From: a virus
DNA length: 64,000 bases
IMG/VR virus record: IMGVR_UViG_3300042291_001568
Location: 1 to 64,000 of that record
Strand: one strand, 5' to 3'
Shown: positions 36,398 to 44,215 of the stretch, piece by piece
Numbering within the stretch: position 1 is the stretch's first letter
Layout: the number at the start of each line of letters is the position of its first letter
Position numbers and translations under genes: made by a program
The notes under the pieces: generated by a model
Told to the model about the DNA's origin: nothing
The model's database searches: none
Seen by the model: only the letters and a program-made list of their open reading frames with translations

Positions 36398-36637
36398 ATG
36401 GAAACAACAAAGACAAAAGACATCAAACAAGTAGACCTCATCGTCCATACCTCATGCGGTATAGCGTTCGAAGTCACTGACGTACTGACTGGAGAGTCCC
36501 TCACGGAAGGACGAATCAATTGGTGCACAGACGAAGACATTGAAGAAGATGAAGAGATTGAGTCACGCGGTTGGAACCACTTTCGCAAAAAGATTGCCAA
36601 GCAAGGTTGGACAATCAGAGAAGAAGTCTGGTCGTAG
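36398..36637 (+). CDS. hypothetical protein (leaderless)
   Basis: ATG 6 nt after TATAAT. Confidence 0.7.
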   Translation: METTKTKDIKQVDLIVHTSCGIAFEVTDVLTGESLTEGRINWCTDEDIEEDEEIESRGWNHFRKKIAKQGWTIREEVWS

Positions 36638-36691
36638 CTCTAACTAAGGATTGTATAATGGTCTTATCAACACAACGACAAAAGGAAACAC

Positions 36692-36871
36692 ATGCTAAAA
36701 AGTAGACACATCAGAAACACACGAGCGGCCGAGCGTAGACTTTACGCAATCGTCGCAAAAGCAAATGAGCTAAAAGCAGAGTCAGAAGAAGTCCGTGAGT
36801 ACCTGCGGGAAAACCATGAGTCAATTGAAGCAACATTGAAAGCGTTTGACGTAGCGGGTATTCGCTACTAA
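36692..36871 (+). CDS. hypothetical protein (59 aa)
   Basis: AAAGGA RBS; TAA abuts the thyX ATG; absent from the ORF track. Confidence 0.65.
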   Translation: MLKSRHIRNTRAAERRLYAIVAKANELKAESEEVREYLRENHESIEATLKAFDVAGIRY

Positions 36872-37567
36872 ATGAAAGAGCTAATCAACGTTGGCGGAGG
36901 ATTCGTTCGCTTGGACGCAGCGATGGCAGACGACATGTCTGTCGTCAATGCGGCCCGAGTGTCGTTTGCAAAGCAAAAGCAAGAGAACGAATGGATAGCA
37001 ATGTCAGAGGTTGACAAAGGTCTTGTCAACTTTCTCATGCGGGAGCGTCATGGAACTCCGTTTGAGCACAACGCTTTTCGCTTCCATGTCAAGTGCCCGG
37101 TCTTTGTTGCTCGTGAGTGGTTTCGTCACCGTATTGGATCATTCAATGAGTTTAGCGCGCGGTACTCAGAAGTTCCAAATGAGTTCTTCGTGCCGGCTGA
37201 AAGTGATGTTAGGACGCAAGTCGGCAAGCCAGGCGCATATCGCTTTGAGCCTGTAGATGCTGAATTGTCTCGTGAGACTGTAGAACTCATTCAAAAAAAC
37301 AATGAGCAAGCGTACGAAGCGTACCAGCACATGATAGTTCGTGGCGTAGCAAAAGAACTTGCTCGAGCGGTTCTACCTGTCTCAATGTATACACAATTCT
37401 ATTGGACAGTAAATGCGCGCTCGCTCATGAACTTTTTGTCGCTGAGACAGCACGAGTCCGCGCAACGCGATATTCGTGAGTACGCTAATGCGGTGTGCGA
37501 ACTTGCGTCGCCTGTGATGCCGGTTACGTTTGCGGCGTGGGAACAAAACGCTCGTATCGCGCCGTAA
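36872..37567 (+). CDS. thyX: flavin-dependent thymidylate synthase
   Basis: ThyX signature RHRIGSFNEFSARY; HGTPFEH; ELARAVLP; NARSLMNFLSLR. Confidence 0.95.
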   Translation: MKELINVGGGFVRLDAAMADDMSVVNAARVSFAKQKQENEWIAMSEVDKGLVNFLMRERHGTPFEHNAFRFHVKCPVFVAREWFRHRIGSFNEFSARYSEVPNEFFVPAESDVRTQVGKPGAYRFEPVDAELSRETVELIQKNNEQAYEAYQHMIVRGVAKELARAVLPVSMYTQFYWTVNARSLMNFLSLRQHESAQRDIREYANAVCELASPVMPVTFAAWEQNARIAP

Positions 37568-37590
37568 ACTCAGGATTGTATAATGATACT

Positions 37591-37764
37591 ATGAACAACG
37601 CGGACCTAGACAAAGCAATTGACTTCGCGGAGGGATACCAGAATACGTATCCTTTCTGCAAAAAGATGGCAATTCACTTCAATCGACTTGGGTACCTTAC
37701 AAGCAGCCAGGTTCAGACCCTACTTTCAATCAAAAAGGAACATGGGCTAAAAGCTCGGTTCTAG
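37591..37764 (+). CDS. hypothetical protein (leaderless)
   Basis: ATG 6 nt after TATAAT. Confidence 0.65.
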   Translation: MNNADLDKAIDFAEGYQNTYPFCKKMAIHFNRLGYLTSSQVQTLLSIKKEHGLKARF

Positions 37765-37812
37765 CTTCTTGGGATGATAAAGTAGCTAATAACAACATGG
37801 AAGGAAACCAAA

Positions 37813-37917
37813 ATGGAATTTGTAGTATCATTTGATAACACAGTGGCATCAGTGGCATGGGCTTTGACAGTCTTCTTGCTTGGTGGAATGGCAATTAGCA
37901 AGCGTCGGACAAAATAG
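37813..37917 (+). CDS. tiny membrane protein (34 aa)
   Basis: GAAGGA RBS; single TM helix followed by KRRTK. Confidence 0.5.
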   Translation: MEFVVSFDNTVASVAWALTVFLLGGMAISKRRTK

Positions 37918-37918
37918 C

Positions 37919-38098
37919 ATGGAAGCATTAGAGATAAGCACGGCTGCAAAGCTCGCGCTCGCGACGCTTCCAGCAGTGGCCTTCGTATTAGTTATGCGCG
38001 GCTATGGCACTCTCGCAGAGTGCTCTTTGCAAAAGAAAGCAGAACTCGCTGGCAGTAAGCATCGCCACCCGACTAATGCAAATTACAAGGCTGGCTAA
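37919..38098 (+). CDS. small membrane protein
   Basis: Follows the upstream stop by 1 nt; one TM helix. Confidence 0.5.
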   Translation: MEALEISTAAKLALATLPAVAFVLVMRGYGTLAECSLQKKAELAGSKHRHPTNANYKAG

Positions 38099-38176
38099 TT
38101 TTCTAGGGATGTTATTATAATCCTGTCAACCTTTACGGTAAGACAACAACAACGACAAACGACAAAGGACTAAGCT

Positions 38177-38692
38177 ATGGGAATGGATGTGTACGGAAGA
38201 AATGCTACGTCAGAAAAAGGCGAGTACTTTCGCAATAATGTTTGGTGGTGGAGACCACTGTGGAACTACTGTCTTGAAGTAGCTCCGGCACTATGCGGTG
38301 AAGTCGATGGCGACACTAATGGTGGCGATGGATTAGACGAAGATGGCGCACAAGAACTCAGCGCTATTCTAAAAGAGTGCCTTGCAACTGGGCACACCTT
38401 TGAATACGAAGACAAATACAACAAACACATCGCGGAGTTGCCACAAACAGACTGCGCGTATTGCGGTACGACTGGGATCCGCACTGACAAAGTAGGCGAA
38501 GAATTTGGAATGCCTGCTAAGCAACTGGAAGAAGCGCTTGCCGTCTTACTTGGCCGCACGCACGGCACTTGCAATGGTTGCGGTGGCGAAGGCAAGGTTG
38601 CTTCGTGGGAAGCTTCGTATCCATTCTCAGCAGAGAACGTTGAAGAGTTCGCAGAGTTTCTTGCGCAAAGCGGTGGCTTCTCAATTTGCTGA
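38177..38692 (+). CDS. hypothetical protein with DnaJ-like CxxCxGxG zinc finger
   Basis: YFRNNVWWWRPLW; CAYCGTTG and CNGCGGEG. Confidence 0.8.
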   Translation: MGMDVYGRNATSEKGEYFRNNVWWWRPLWNYCLEVAPALCGEVDGDTNGGDGLDEDGAQELSAILKECLATGHTFEYEDKYNKHIAELPQTDCAYCGTTGIRTDKVGEEFGMPAKQLEEALAVLLGRTHGTCNGCGGEGKVASWEASYPFSAENVEEFAEFLAQSGGFSIC

Positions 38693-38799
38693 TCTAATGT
38701 CCCGACCTCGATAAGTTCTTACTGTGATAAGACTCGAGGTTGGACTTACAATCTAAGGATTGTATAATAGTACTATCAACAACAACAGGAGGACACGCT

Positions 38800-39009
38800 G
38801 TGGCACATTACGTAGACACGGTTCTTGAAGGACTCAAGGAGATTGGTCATACGGCCAAGAAACTGGGCATCGAGAAAGTAGCAGAAGCTGCAGGGATCAA
38901 ACCGAGAATGGTAAAGAAGTTCACGGTTGACCCGATGACATGCAACAATGCGGACATCAGAAAGATCACAGCCGCCGTCAAAGAACTAACAGAGGACAAA
39001 CCAGAATGA
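38800..39009 (+). CDS. XRE-like HTH protein
   Basis: GGAGG RBS, GTG start; IEKVAEAAGIKPRMVKKF. Confidence 0.6.
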   Translation: MAHYVDTVLEGLKEIGHTAKKLGIEKVAEAAGIKPRMVKKFTVDPMTCNNADIRKITAAVKELTEDKPE

Positions 39010-39344
39010 CATCAGCAGAAGAAACAGTCATACGCCACATATCGCTCGGGGTATACGACAGTACGTTAGCGGACATAGAGAAAGCTCTAACAGAGCGACT
39101 CCGAGTCACGCGGCAGTCAAGAACTATCAAAGACTATGGCGTAGGCGACAAGGTCGTATTCAATAGCCTATGCGGTACACAGTACTTACAAGGAGCCACA
39201 GGGGTAGTTGTAGGCTTGAAGCAGAAAAAGTTGCTGGTCAAATTGGACAATCCAGTAGGACGATTTGTCCGCTATTCGTCAGATGGGAAAGTAGAGTCGT
39301 CGAGTATCAGTGTACCGACAAGCATCGTTGACATAGTAAGGTAG
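39006..39344 (+). CDS. hypothetical protein with SH3-like domain
   Basis: YGVGDKVVF...GATGVVVG...KLLVKLD. Confidence 0.7.
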   Translation: MTSAEETVIRHISLGVYDSTLADIEKALTERLRVTRQSRTIKDYGVGDKVVFNSLCGTQYLQGATGVVVGLKQKKLLVKLDNPVGRFVRYSSDGKVESSSISVPTSIVDIVR

Positions 39345-39350
39345 TACTCA

Positions 39351-39938
39351 ATGACAACCATAGTGTGCGTACAAGGACCTAAGTGGGCAGTAGTCGGCTA
39401 CGACTCTCAAGTGACAGAAGAAGATGGTCGTCGCTACACGATGGCACGCGGTTCAACAAAGGTCGCAAGGAATGGCGAGTTTCTTCTCGGTGCTGCGGGT
39501 GATGTGCGAGCAATCAACATCCTTACGCACGCATTCTTTCCACCACAAGTCGGTGACTTAGTTGGAGTGCGGCTAGACAAATACATGACTAGCAAATTCA
39601 TTCCTTCATTGCGGACGTGCTTTGAAGCTCAAGGCTACGCAGCGTCAGGTAAAGACGAGCAAGCACAGTACGGATCAGATGTTCTTGCGGTAGTCAATGG
39701 AACTGTCTACGTCATTGGTGACGACTACTCGTGGGTACGAGATGCTGCGGGTGTGTACGCGCTGGGAACTGGCGGCGACTACGCATTAGGCAGTCTGCAT
39801 TCGTTCGGATTGCCAAAGCTCATGACAAAAGTGTCTGCGGCTCAAGATGCGGTGCGGCAATCTTTACAAATTGCTGCAAAACTAGATCCCGGGTCAGGAC
39901 CACCTTTCCATATTGTAAGCCAACTTGCTCCAAAATAG
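39351..39938 (+). CDS. HslV/proteasome-beta-like Ntn peptidase
   Basis: N-terminal Thr nucleophile (MTTIV), DSQVT, K33-like STKV, ALGTGGDYALG. Confidence 0.85.
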   Translation: MTTIVCVQGPKWAVVGYDSQVTEEDGRRYTMARGSTKVARNGEFLLGAAGDVRAINILTHAFFPPQVGDLVGVRLDKYMTSKFIPSLRTCFEAQGYAASGKDEQAQYGSDVLAVVNGTVYVIGDDYSWVRDAAGVYALGTGGDYALGSLHSFGLPKLMTKVSAAQDAVRQSLQIAAKLDPGSGPPFHIVSQLAPK

Positions 39939-39961
39939 ACGCAAACGAAAGAAGAATAGAC

Positions 39962-40207
39962 ATGAACGACGAAAATGACCTGATGAGTTGGAGAGACAAA
40001 GCTGCATGCATTGGTCGCCAAGAACTATTCTTTGAAGATCACAAAAGTACTACGGTGCGAAAGGCAAAAAGCGTATGCGCTACCTGTGCGGTGATTGACA
40101 ACTGTAGAGAGTACGCACTCGTCCATACTGAGTTTGGAGTCTGGGGCGGAATGACTGCAAACGAAAGGCGACGTATGTTGCGGGTACGCCGTAGGCAGCA
40201 AAAGTAG
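39962..40207 (+). CDS. whiB: WhiB-family transcription factor (second copy)
   Basis: WRDKAAC...LFF...AKSVCATCAVIDNCREYAL...FGVWGGMTANERR. Confidence 0.93.
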   Translation: MNDENDLMSWRDKAACIGRQELFFEDHKSTTVRKAKSVCATCAVIDNCREYALVHTEFGVWGGMTANERRRMLRVRRRQQK

Positions 40208-40279
40208 AATGAAATACTCAATAGCTCCGTTGACTTGTAGTATCGTGTATGACTTAGGACAATATGTACGGAGGAAGCA

Positions 40280-40435
40280 ATGTCAGAAAACTCAGAGAAG
40301 CGTAAGCCACAAAAGTGGAAGTGCCCTAAATGCGACAACACTATGATCACTTTTGTCGGCCTTAGTGAGAACCCTACTTGCCGCAATCCTTCTGCGCACT
40401 CAACTACGACCGTAGAAATGGAAGAAACTAAATGA
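40280..40435 (+). CDS. small zinc-ribbon protein (51 aa)
   Basis: GGAGG RBS; WKCPKC...PTC...H. Confidence 0.65.
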   Translation: MSENSEKRKPQKWKCPKCDNTMITFVGLSENPTCRNPSAHSTTTVEMEETK

Positions 40436-40566
40436 TCTTTCTCGTACTTGCTTTCTTGTTTACGTTTGCGGCAATGTCAGTTCGCCTCGCTCGTAAAGAG
40501 AAGGTGCACGGTACGGCTCTTCTTGGGGTAGTCAGTCCTCAAAAAGATATTGACAAAAAATTGTAG
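40432..40566 (+). CDS. small membrane protein (44 aa)
   Basis: ATGA overlap; N-terminal TM helix. Confidence 0.45.
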   Translation: MIFLVLAFLFTFAAMSVRLARKEKVHGTALLGVVSPQKDIDKKL

Positions 40567-40608
40567 TACTTATGTACTTTTCAGTATCTACGAAGTAGTA
40601 TAAGACCA

Positions 40609-40926
40609 ATGACACACATGGATGCAGCAGCCTATGCGGTTCTCGATGAAGCAAAAGCGCTTATTGAAGAAGCAAGAAAGCAGCTTTCACTGATGCCAGA
40701 AGAAATACAAACAAAAACTACACTACGAAGGAGACAAACAAACATGTCAGAACTTACAGCACAGCGTGCGGGCGAACTCTACGCTCAAGGGCAATCAGTT
40801 ATTGAAGTAGCTCGAGCACATGGACTCTCGTACAGCCAGACTCGTAAGCTCATCGGAGCAAGCGGTACACCAATTCGCGATGCATCTGGTCGTCTCAAAG
40901 GACGTACCCGTAAGGCAACAGCGTAA
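40609..40926 (+). CDS. HTH DNA-binding protein (actinophage HTH_58-like)
   Basis: ELYAQGQSVIEVARAHGLSYSQTRKLIGASGTPIR; start may be 40744. Confidence 0.75.
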   Translation: MTHMDAAAYAVLDEAKALIEEARKQLSLMPEEIQTKTTLRRRQTNMSELTAQRAGELYAQGQSVIEVARAHGLSYSQTRKLIGASGTPIRDASGRLKGRTRKATA

Positions 40927-40928
40927 CT

Positions 40929-41099
40929 ATGCCAACTTGGTTCTCGCAATTGCGGAACTTAGTATGGACATCTGTTCTTGCGGTGATCATGGGTTTAGCA
41001 TCTGTGGTCACCGCAATTGCGGGTGGAAGTATTGAGGTAGTCGTTAGTCTCGCCTTGTTTGGAGCAATACTAAGCACCCTGTCCTCTAAGGTGCGCTAA
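40929..41099 (+). CDS. two-TM membrane protein (56 aa)
   Basis: Frame missed by the ORF track; MPTWFSQLRNLVWTSVLAVIMG...ALFGAILSTLSSKVR. Confidence 0.55.
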   Translation: MPTWFSQLRNLVWTSVLAVIMGLASVVTAIAGGSIEVVVSLALFGAILSTLSSKVR

Positions 41100-41143
41100 C
41101 ACTCGGGAATGTATAGTAGTAGTTATACAACAGAGGAGTAAAC

Positions 41144-41317
41144 ATGGAACCAGAAGTATTCAAAGTAACAGTGACCAATAGCGATGGAGACGACATCGTC
41201 GCCTACGTCACCCCCGTACAGAAGCAAGCCTATGTTCGCTCGATGACAGAAGAGTACGGTCCTGCCGTAGTTGAGCCGATGATGATTGCGGACCTTCCTG
41301 AAGGCATAGAACTCTGA
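41144..41317 (+). CDS. hypothetical protein (57 aa)
   Basis: Promoter variant and GAGGAG RBS. Confidence 0.65.
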   Translation: MEPEVFKVTVTNSDGDDIVAYVTPVQKQAYVRSMTEEYGPAVVEPMMIADLPEGIEL

Positions 41318-41475
41318 TGGTCTGGCTAGAGCACTTGCGTATTGCGGGTGGGCCAACAACAATTGAAGACGACAAGCGCGAACTGCGCAAAGTCGCAAAG
41401 ATCGATGCCGACTGTAATGAACGCTTTATGCGGGACTTACTTGGTGACGACGAGTACGAAGACTGGGACAACTAG
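41317..41475 (+). CDS. hypothetical protein (52 aa)
   Basis: TGATG coupling to the upstream gene. Confidence 0.5.
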   Translation: MVWLEHLRIAGGPTTIEDDKRELRKVAKIDADCNERFMRDLLGDDEYEDWDN

Positions 41476-41524
41476 TCTTCGCATTCAATACTAAATGACA
41501 AAACGACAAATAAGGAGATAACAT

Positions 41525-41890
41525 ATGTGGGTATTTACCCAAGACGGATTCGTAAGCGTGGTGGACAACCATCAACGCAAGGGATTCCTTACAGCACGAT
41601 CACGTGATCGTCAATCGCTAATCGCTCTTTCAGAGATTGCAAGCTGCGAAATTGAGTTCACACCTATGCGGGACTATCAGTACCGTACTTTCGTAACTCG
41701 AGATCAGTATTCAGAATGGCTTGCATTGCAATCAGAAATGCTGAACTACGGCAACTTCAAAGATCAAGTGCATAAGACACTTGGCGACACGTACTACCAT
41801 GCATGCGGTGAAGTATGGCACGCAATGAACATGGTTCAAGATGACGAAGCCGCGCAGTGGACTAGAGATCGCTACGCTGCGAAAGCGTAA
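41525..41890 (+). CDS. hypothetical phage protein
   Basis: AAGGAG RBS; MWVFTQDGFVSVV...DYQYR...YGNFK. Confidence 0.8.
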   Translation: MWVFTQDGFVSVVDNHQRKGFLTARSRDRQSLIALSEIASCEIEFTPMRDYQYRTFVTRDQYSEWLALQSEMLNYGNFKDQVHKTLGDTYYHACGEVWHAMNMVQDDEAAQWTRDRYAAKA

Positions 41891-42014
41891 CGCAATGGAC
41901 TCGCACGATCAAGCAACACTAATACTTTGCGTTGCTTTGGCCTGCTGCGTTGCGGTGCTTCTATGCCTGTGACTCAGAGTTTCACATCTATTCTGAAGTC
42001 GGAATGGATGTGAA

Positions 42015-42248
42015 ATGACTGCCAATCGACTCAAGTATGAGTGCGCCGCATGCGGTGAGATGTTTGCGAAGACTTATGAGCACATGAGCCATTACATGGA
42101 GAAGCACGACGAAGGCTACATACCTCGTGGGCAGCGTCGCTTGCGTAAGGTTGCGTGCCGGAGCTGCGTCAAAGAAATGCCAGTCCCAAACTTAGAAGCT
42201 GGCGAGTGGTGGCGTTGTGAGTGCGGCTTTGAGCTTCCACGATCTTGA
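42015..42248 (+). CDS. C2H2-type zinc finger plus zinc ribbon protein
   Basis: YECAACGEMF...HYMEKH; CRSC...CECG. Confidence 0.7.
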   Translation: MTANRLKYECAACGEMFAKTYEHMSHYMEKHDEGYIPRGQRRLRKVACRSCVKEMPVPNLEAGEWWRCECGFELPRS

Positions 42249-42329
42249 GGTAGCGGTTAGCTCGGGGCTAAAACTCGGGATGATAAAGTGTATCTATCAG
42301 CAAATGCTGGTAACGACAAAAGGATGATC

Positions 42330-42539
42330 ATGGAAACTATTACAATGAAGGGAGCCGTAGTTGCGGTTCTCACGCTCGGAAGCACTGTGCAAATCTGGGT
42401 GGCTTCGCCAACCGGTGACTCATCAGACTCACACATCTTTGAGATGCCAACAACGTCTGACTCACACGCACACGTCATTGCAAATATGTGGCGCAAAGCC
42501 TGGAATCTTCCAGCAGCTGACGCTCCTCTCGAGTTCTAA
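42330..42539 (+). CDS. hypothetical protein
   Basis: Promoter variant, hairpin leader and RBS. Confidence 0.7.
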   Translation: METITMKGAVVAVLTLGSTVQIWVASPTGDSSDSHIFEMPTTSDSHAHVIANMWRKAWNLPAADAPLEF

Positions 42540-42551
42540 TTTATAGTGGCC

Positions 42552-42700
42552 GAGTAACGCCGCAATACCTCATCGCGCTGAGCGGTGTCAAAGTTACTCA
42601 CTCAGCTAATATCTGCTCGCCCAGCTCGAGTTCTTCGTCGTACTTGGGCTGGCTGCTGAGCTAAAGTCAGGGGCTCGCAAGGACCTCCACCTTGCGGGCC
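42552..42700 (+). ncRNA. candidate three-hairpin structured RNA
   Basis: GAGTAAC/GTTACTC, CTCAGC/GCTGAG and GGCTCGCAAGG/CCTTGCGGGCC domains after a TATAGT box; no ORF. Confidence 0.45.
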
Positions 42701-42776
42701 TCACGACTTCTCACCTTGTACGTCAAAAAACTCAGGATGGTACAATGTTCTTACCAACAAGGAAAGGACGAATGAC

Positions 42777-42947
42777 ATGCAGATTACAGAAGACAACTAC
42801 AACGACATCCAGTATGTGACAGCTCATGACGACTGCGGTACATGCCGCGGACACCTAGAGTTCGCACTCGCAAACTTCAAGCGCACACCATCGATTGAAT
42901 CGATGACTGGGGACAATGACTGCTTCGGTAAGGTCTACATCGCGTAG
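42777..42947 (+). CDS. small Cys-containing protein (56 aa)
   Basis: Cassette promoter and GAAAGGA RBS; HDDCGTC; absent from the ORF track. Confidence 0.65.
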   Translation: MQITEDNYNDIQYVTAHDDCGTCRGHLEFALANFKRTPSIESMTGDNDCFGKVYIA

Positions 42948-42989
42948 GCCTTATCGCGGTCATTATCTAAGGATTGTATAATTGGCTAC

Positions 42990-43142
42990 ATGACAACCTA
43001 CATAGTTACCATCACACCTAACAATCCACAAACCATAATCAGCGGCGATCCGTATACTGCGTACGAAATAGCGTACACTAACGATCCAGCCCCGATCAAT
43101 CCAAAAACTTTCGACATCGAAAATTACGTCAAACTCGCATAA
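42990..43142 (+). CDS. leaderless 50-aa protein (DPY family, paralog 2)
   Basis: MTTYIVTI...DPYTAYE...NPKTFDIENYV; same length as 34009..34161. Confidence 0.7.
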   Translation: MTTYIVTITPNNPQTIISGDPYTAYEIAYTNDPAPINPKTFDIENYVKLA

Positions 43143-43268
43143 CACTCAAACCGCAAGGGCGACGGCGATTGCAACTCGCCGCCGCCATACGGCGATCAAA
43201 AACTGAGGATGATAAAGTGTACATATCAGCTAGGCACTCCGCCTGACTGAACGACGAAGGGACAAATA

Positions 43269-43598
43269 ATGGAAACACTACTCAACAAGCCAGTGATTGG
43301 CGAAGGAGCTACGGTCAGCTACTGCGCTGACTCGCACGCAATGACAATCATCGCGGTCAGCGATAACGGCAAGACAGTTACCGTTCAGCGGGATTCCGTC
43401 AAGCCAGCAGATCACGCAAACATCTACCGTGGCGCCAACTACAACAACATCTGGGTGACCACACCAGACCCAGCCGGAGCGACAATGGTCTTCACCCTCC
43501 GCCAGAATGGCAAGTACGTGGCGCAAGGTGAGCCAATGCGGTCAGGGACTAAGCTCCACATCGGCAGCCGCCACGAATACTACAGCTACGAGTTCTAA
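43269..43598 (+). CDS. hypothetical phage protein
   Basis: GEGATVSYCADSHAMTI...GSRHEYYSYEF; cassette leader. Confidence 0.8.
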   Translation: METLLNKPVIGEGATVSYCADSHAMTIIAVSDNGKTVTVQRDSVKPADHANIYRGANYNNIWVTTPDPAGATMVFTLRQNGKYVAQGEPMRSGTKLHIGSRHEYYSYEF

Positions 43599-43713
43599 GT
43601 AAGGACTCAGGGGCCAGGCTCGAGAGGGCCTGGCTCCCCCTCCCGGGGGGAATCTAGGGATGATAAATTGATCTCATCAGCAAGGCGCTGGTAACGACGA
43701 AGGGACAAATACA

Positions 43714-43965
43714 ATGAATAAGAAATGGGCACTCCTCAAGGGATCAGATATCGGACCAATGGGCCGAGGACAATCCGGCAAAAAGAAGATCTACGAGGTC
43801 ACGGTGACAGACACCACACTCCACTGCTCGTGGGGAATGGCCGAGAAGACCAACCGCCAGTCAAGCACGCAGGTGTTCCGCACCAGCCAGCAAGCACTCG
43901 CAGCCGGGTACGCCAAGGTCAACAGCAAGATGGACCGCGGGTACGCAGTAGCCTACTCGGTCTGA
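43714..43965 (+). CDS. standalone WGR-domain protein (paralog 3)
   Basis: Alignable with the other two WGR genes. Confidence 0.8.
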   Translation: MNKKWALLKGSDIGPMGRGQSGKKKIYEVTVTDTTLHCSWGMAEKTNRQSSTQVFRTSQQALAAGYAKVNSKMDRGYAVAYSV

Positions 43966-44215
43966 CCAGACCTCAACCCAAGGCCTCACCTCAGCAGCAA
44001 AGCTGGGGTGGGGCTCAGAGGCGCTCAGAAGCCCTGAGTGCCCTTGCGGTATCCACATCAGGTATTTAGGTAGCACGAGCACAGACCAAGTTCTAGGGCC
44101 TCTGGCAACACTCCAAAGCGAGGTGCCTTGCGGGCTAAGGTCCCAGGGCACAGTTCTAGGGATGATAAAGTACTACTATCAGCCAAACCGACTGGTAACG
44201 ACGAAAGAAGACAAA

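Larger units (their letters stand above)
17521..44171 (+). promoter_or_regulatory. array of about 58 copies of a conserved promoter motif AA(A/T)CT(A/C)(G/A)GGA(T/A)(T/G)(G/A/T)TATAAT
   Basis: Approximate starts: 17521, 17954, 19083, 19450, 19957, 20383, 20646, 21177, 22280, 24214, 25320, 25874, 26647, 26913, 27193, 27532, 27970, 28168, 28399, 28726, 29000, 29098, 29534, 29736, 30165, 30476, 30767, 31587, 31781, 31930, 32243, 32545, 32731, 32907, 33065, 33433, 33674, 33984, 34189, 34485, 34683, 34963, 35346, 35581, 35911, 36161, 36373, 36641, 37566, 37765, 38100, 38750, 41099, 42271, 42728, 42964, 43200, 43651, 44153. Each ends in a TATAAT-type -10 and is usually followed by an A/C-rich leader with an AAAGGACA/AAGGGACA RBS. 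Confidence 0.93.

Noticed and set aside
24224-36637. ORF-track N-termini beginning MYN... (24224, 25330, 26923, 27203, 27542, 27980, 28178, 30485, 33443, 34495, 36383)
   Set aside because: These starts come from the TTG of GATTGTATAAT in the promoter. The real starts are at the downstream RBS-led or leaderless ATG.
41074-41094. Third anti-RBS hairpin (loop CTGTCCTCTAA)
   Set aside because: Only a 5-bp stem, a 6-nt match, and it lies inside the probable membrane-protein gene 40929-41099.
17521-44171. True integron attC array
   Set aside because: The motif has no R''/L''/L'/R' hairpin or GTTRRRY core, it contains a -10 box, and no integrase is visible. Only the organisational analogy is kept.
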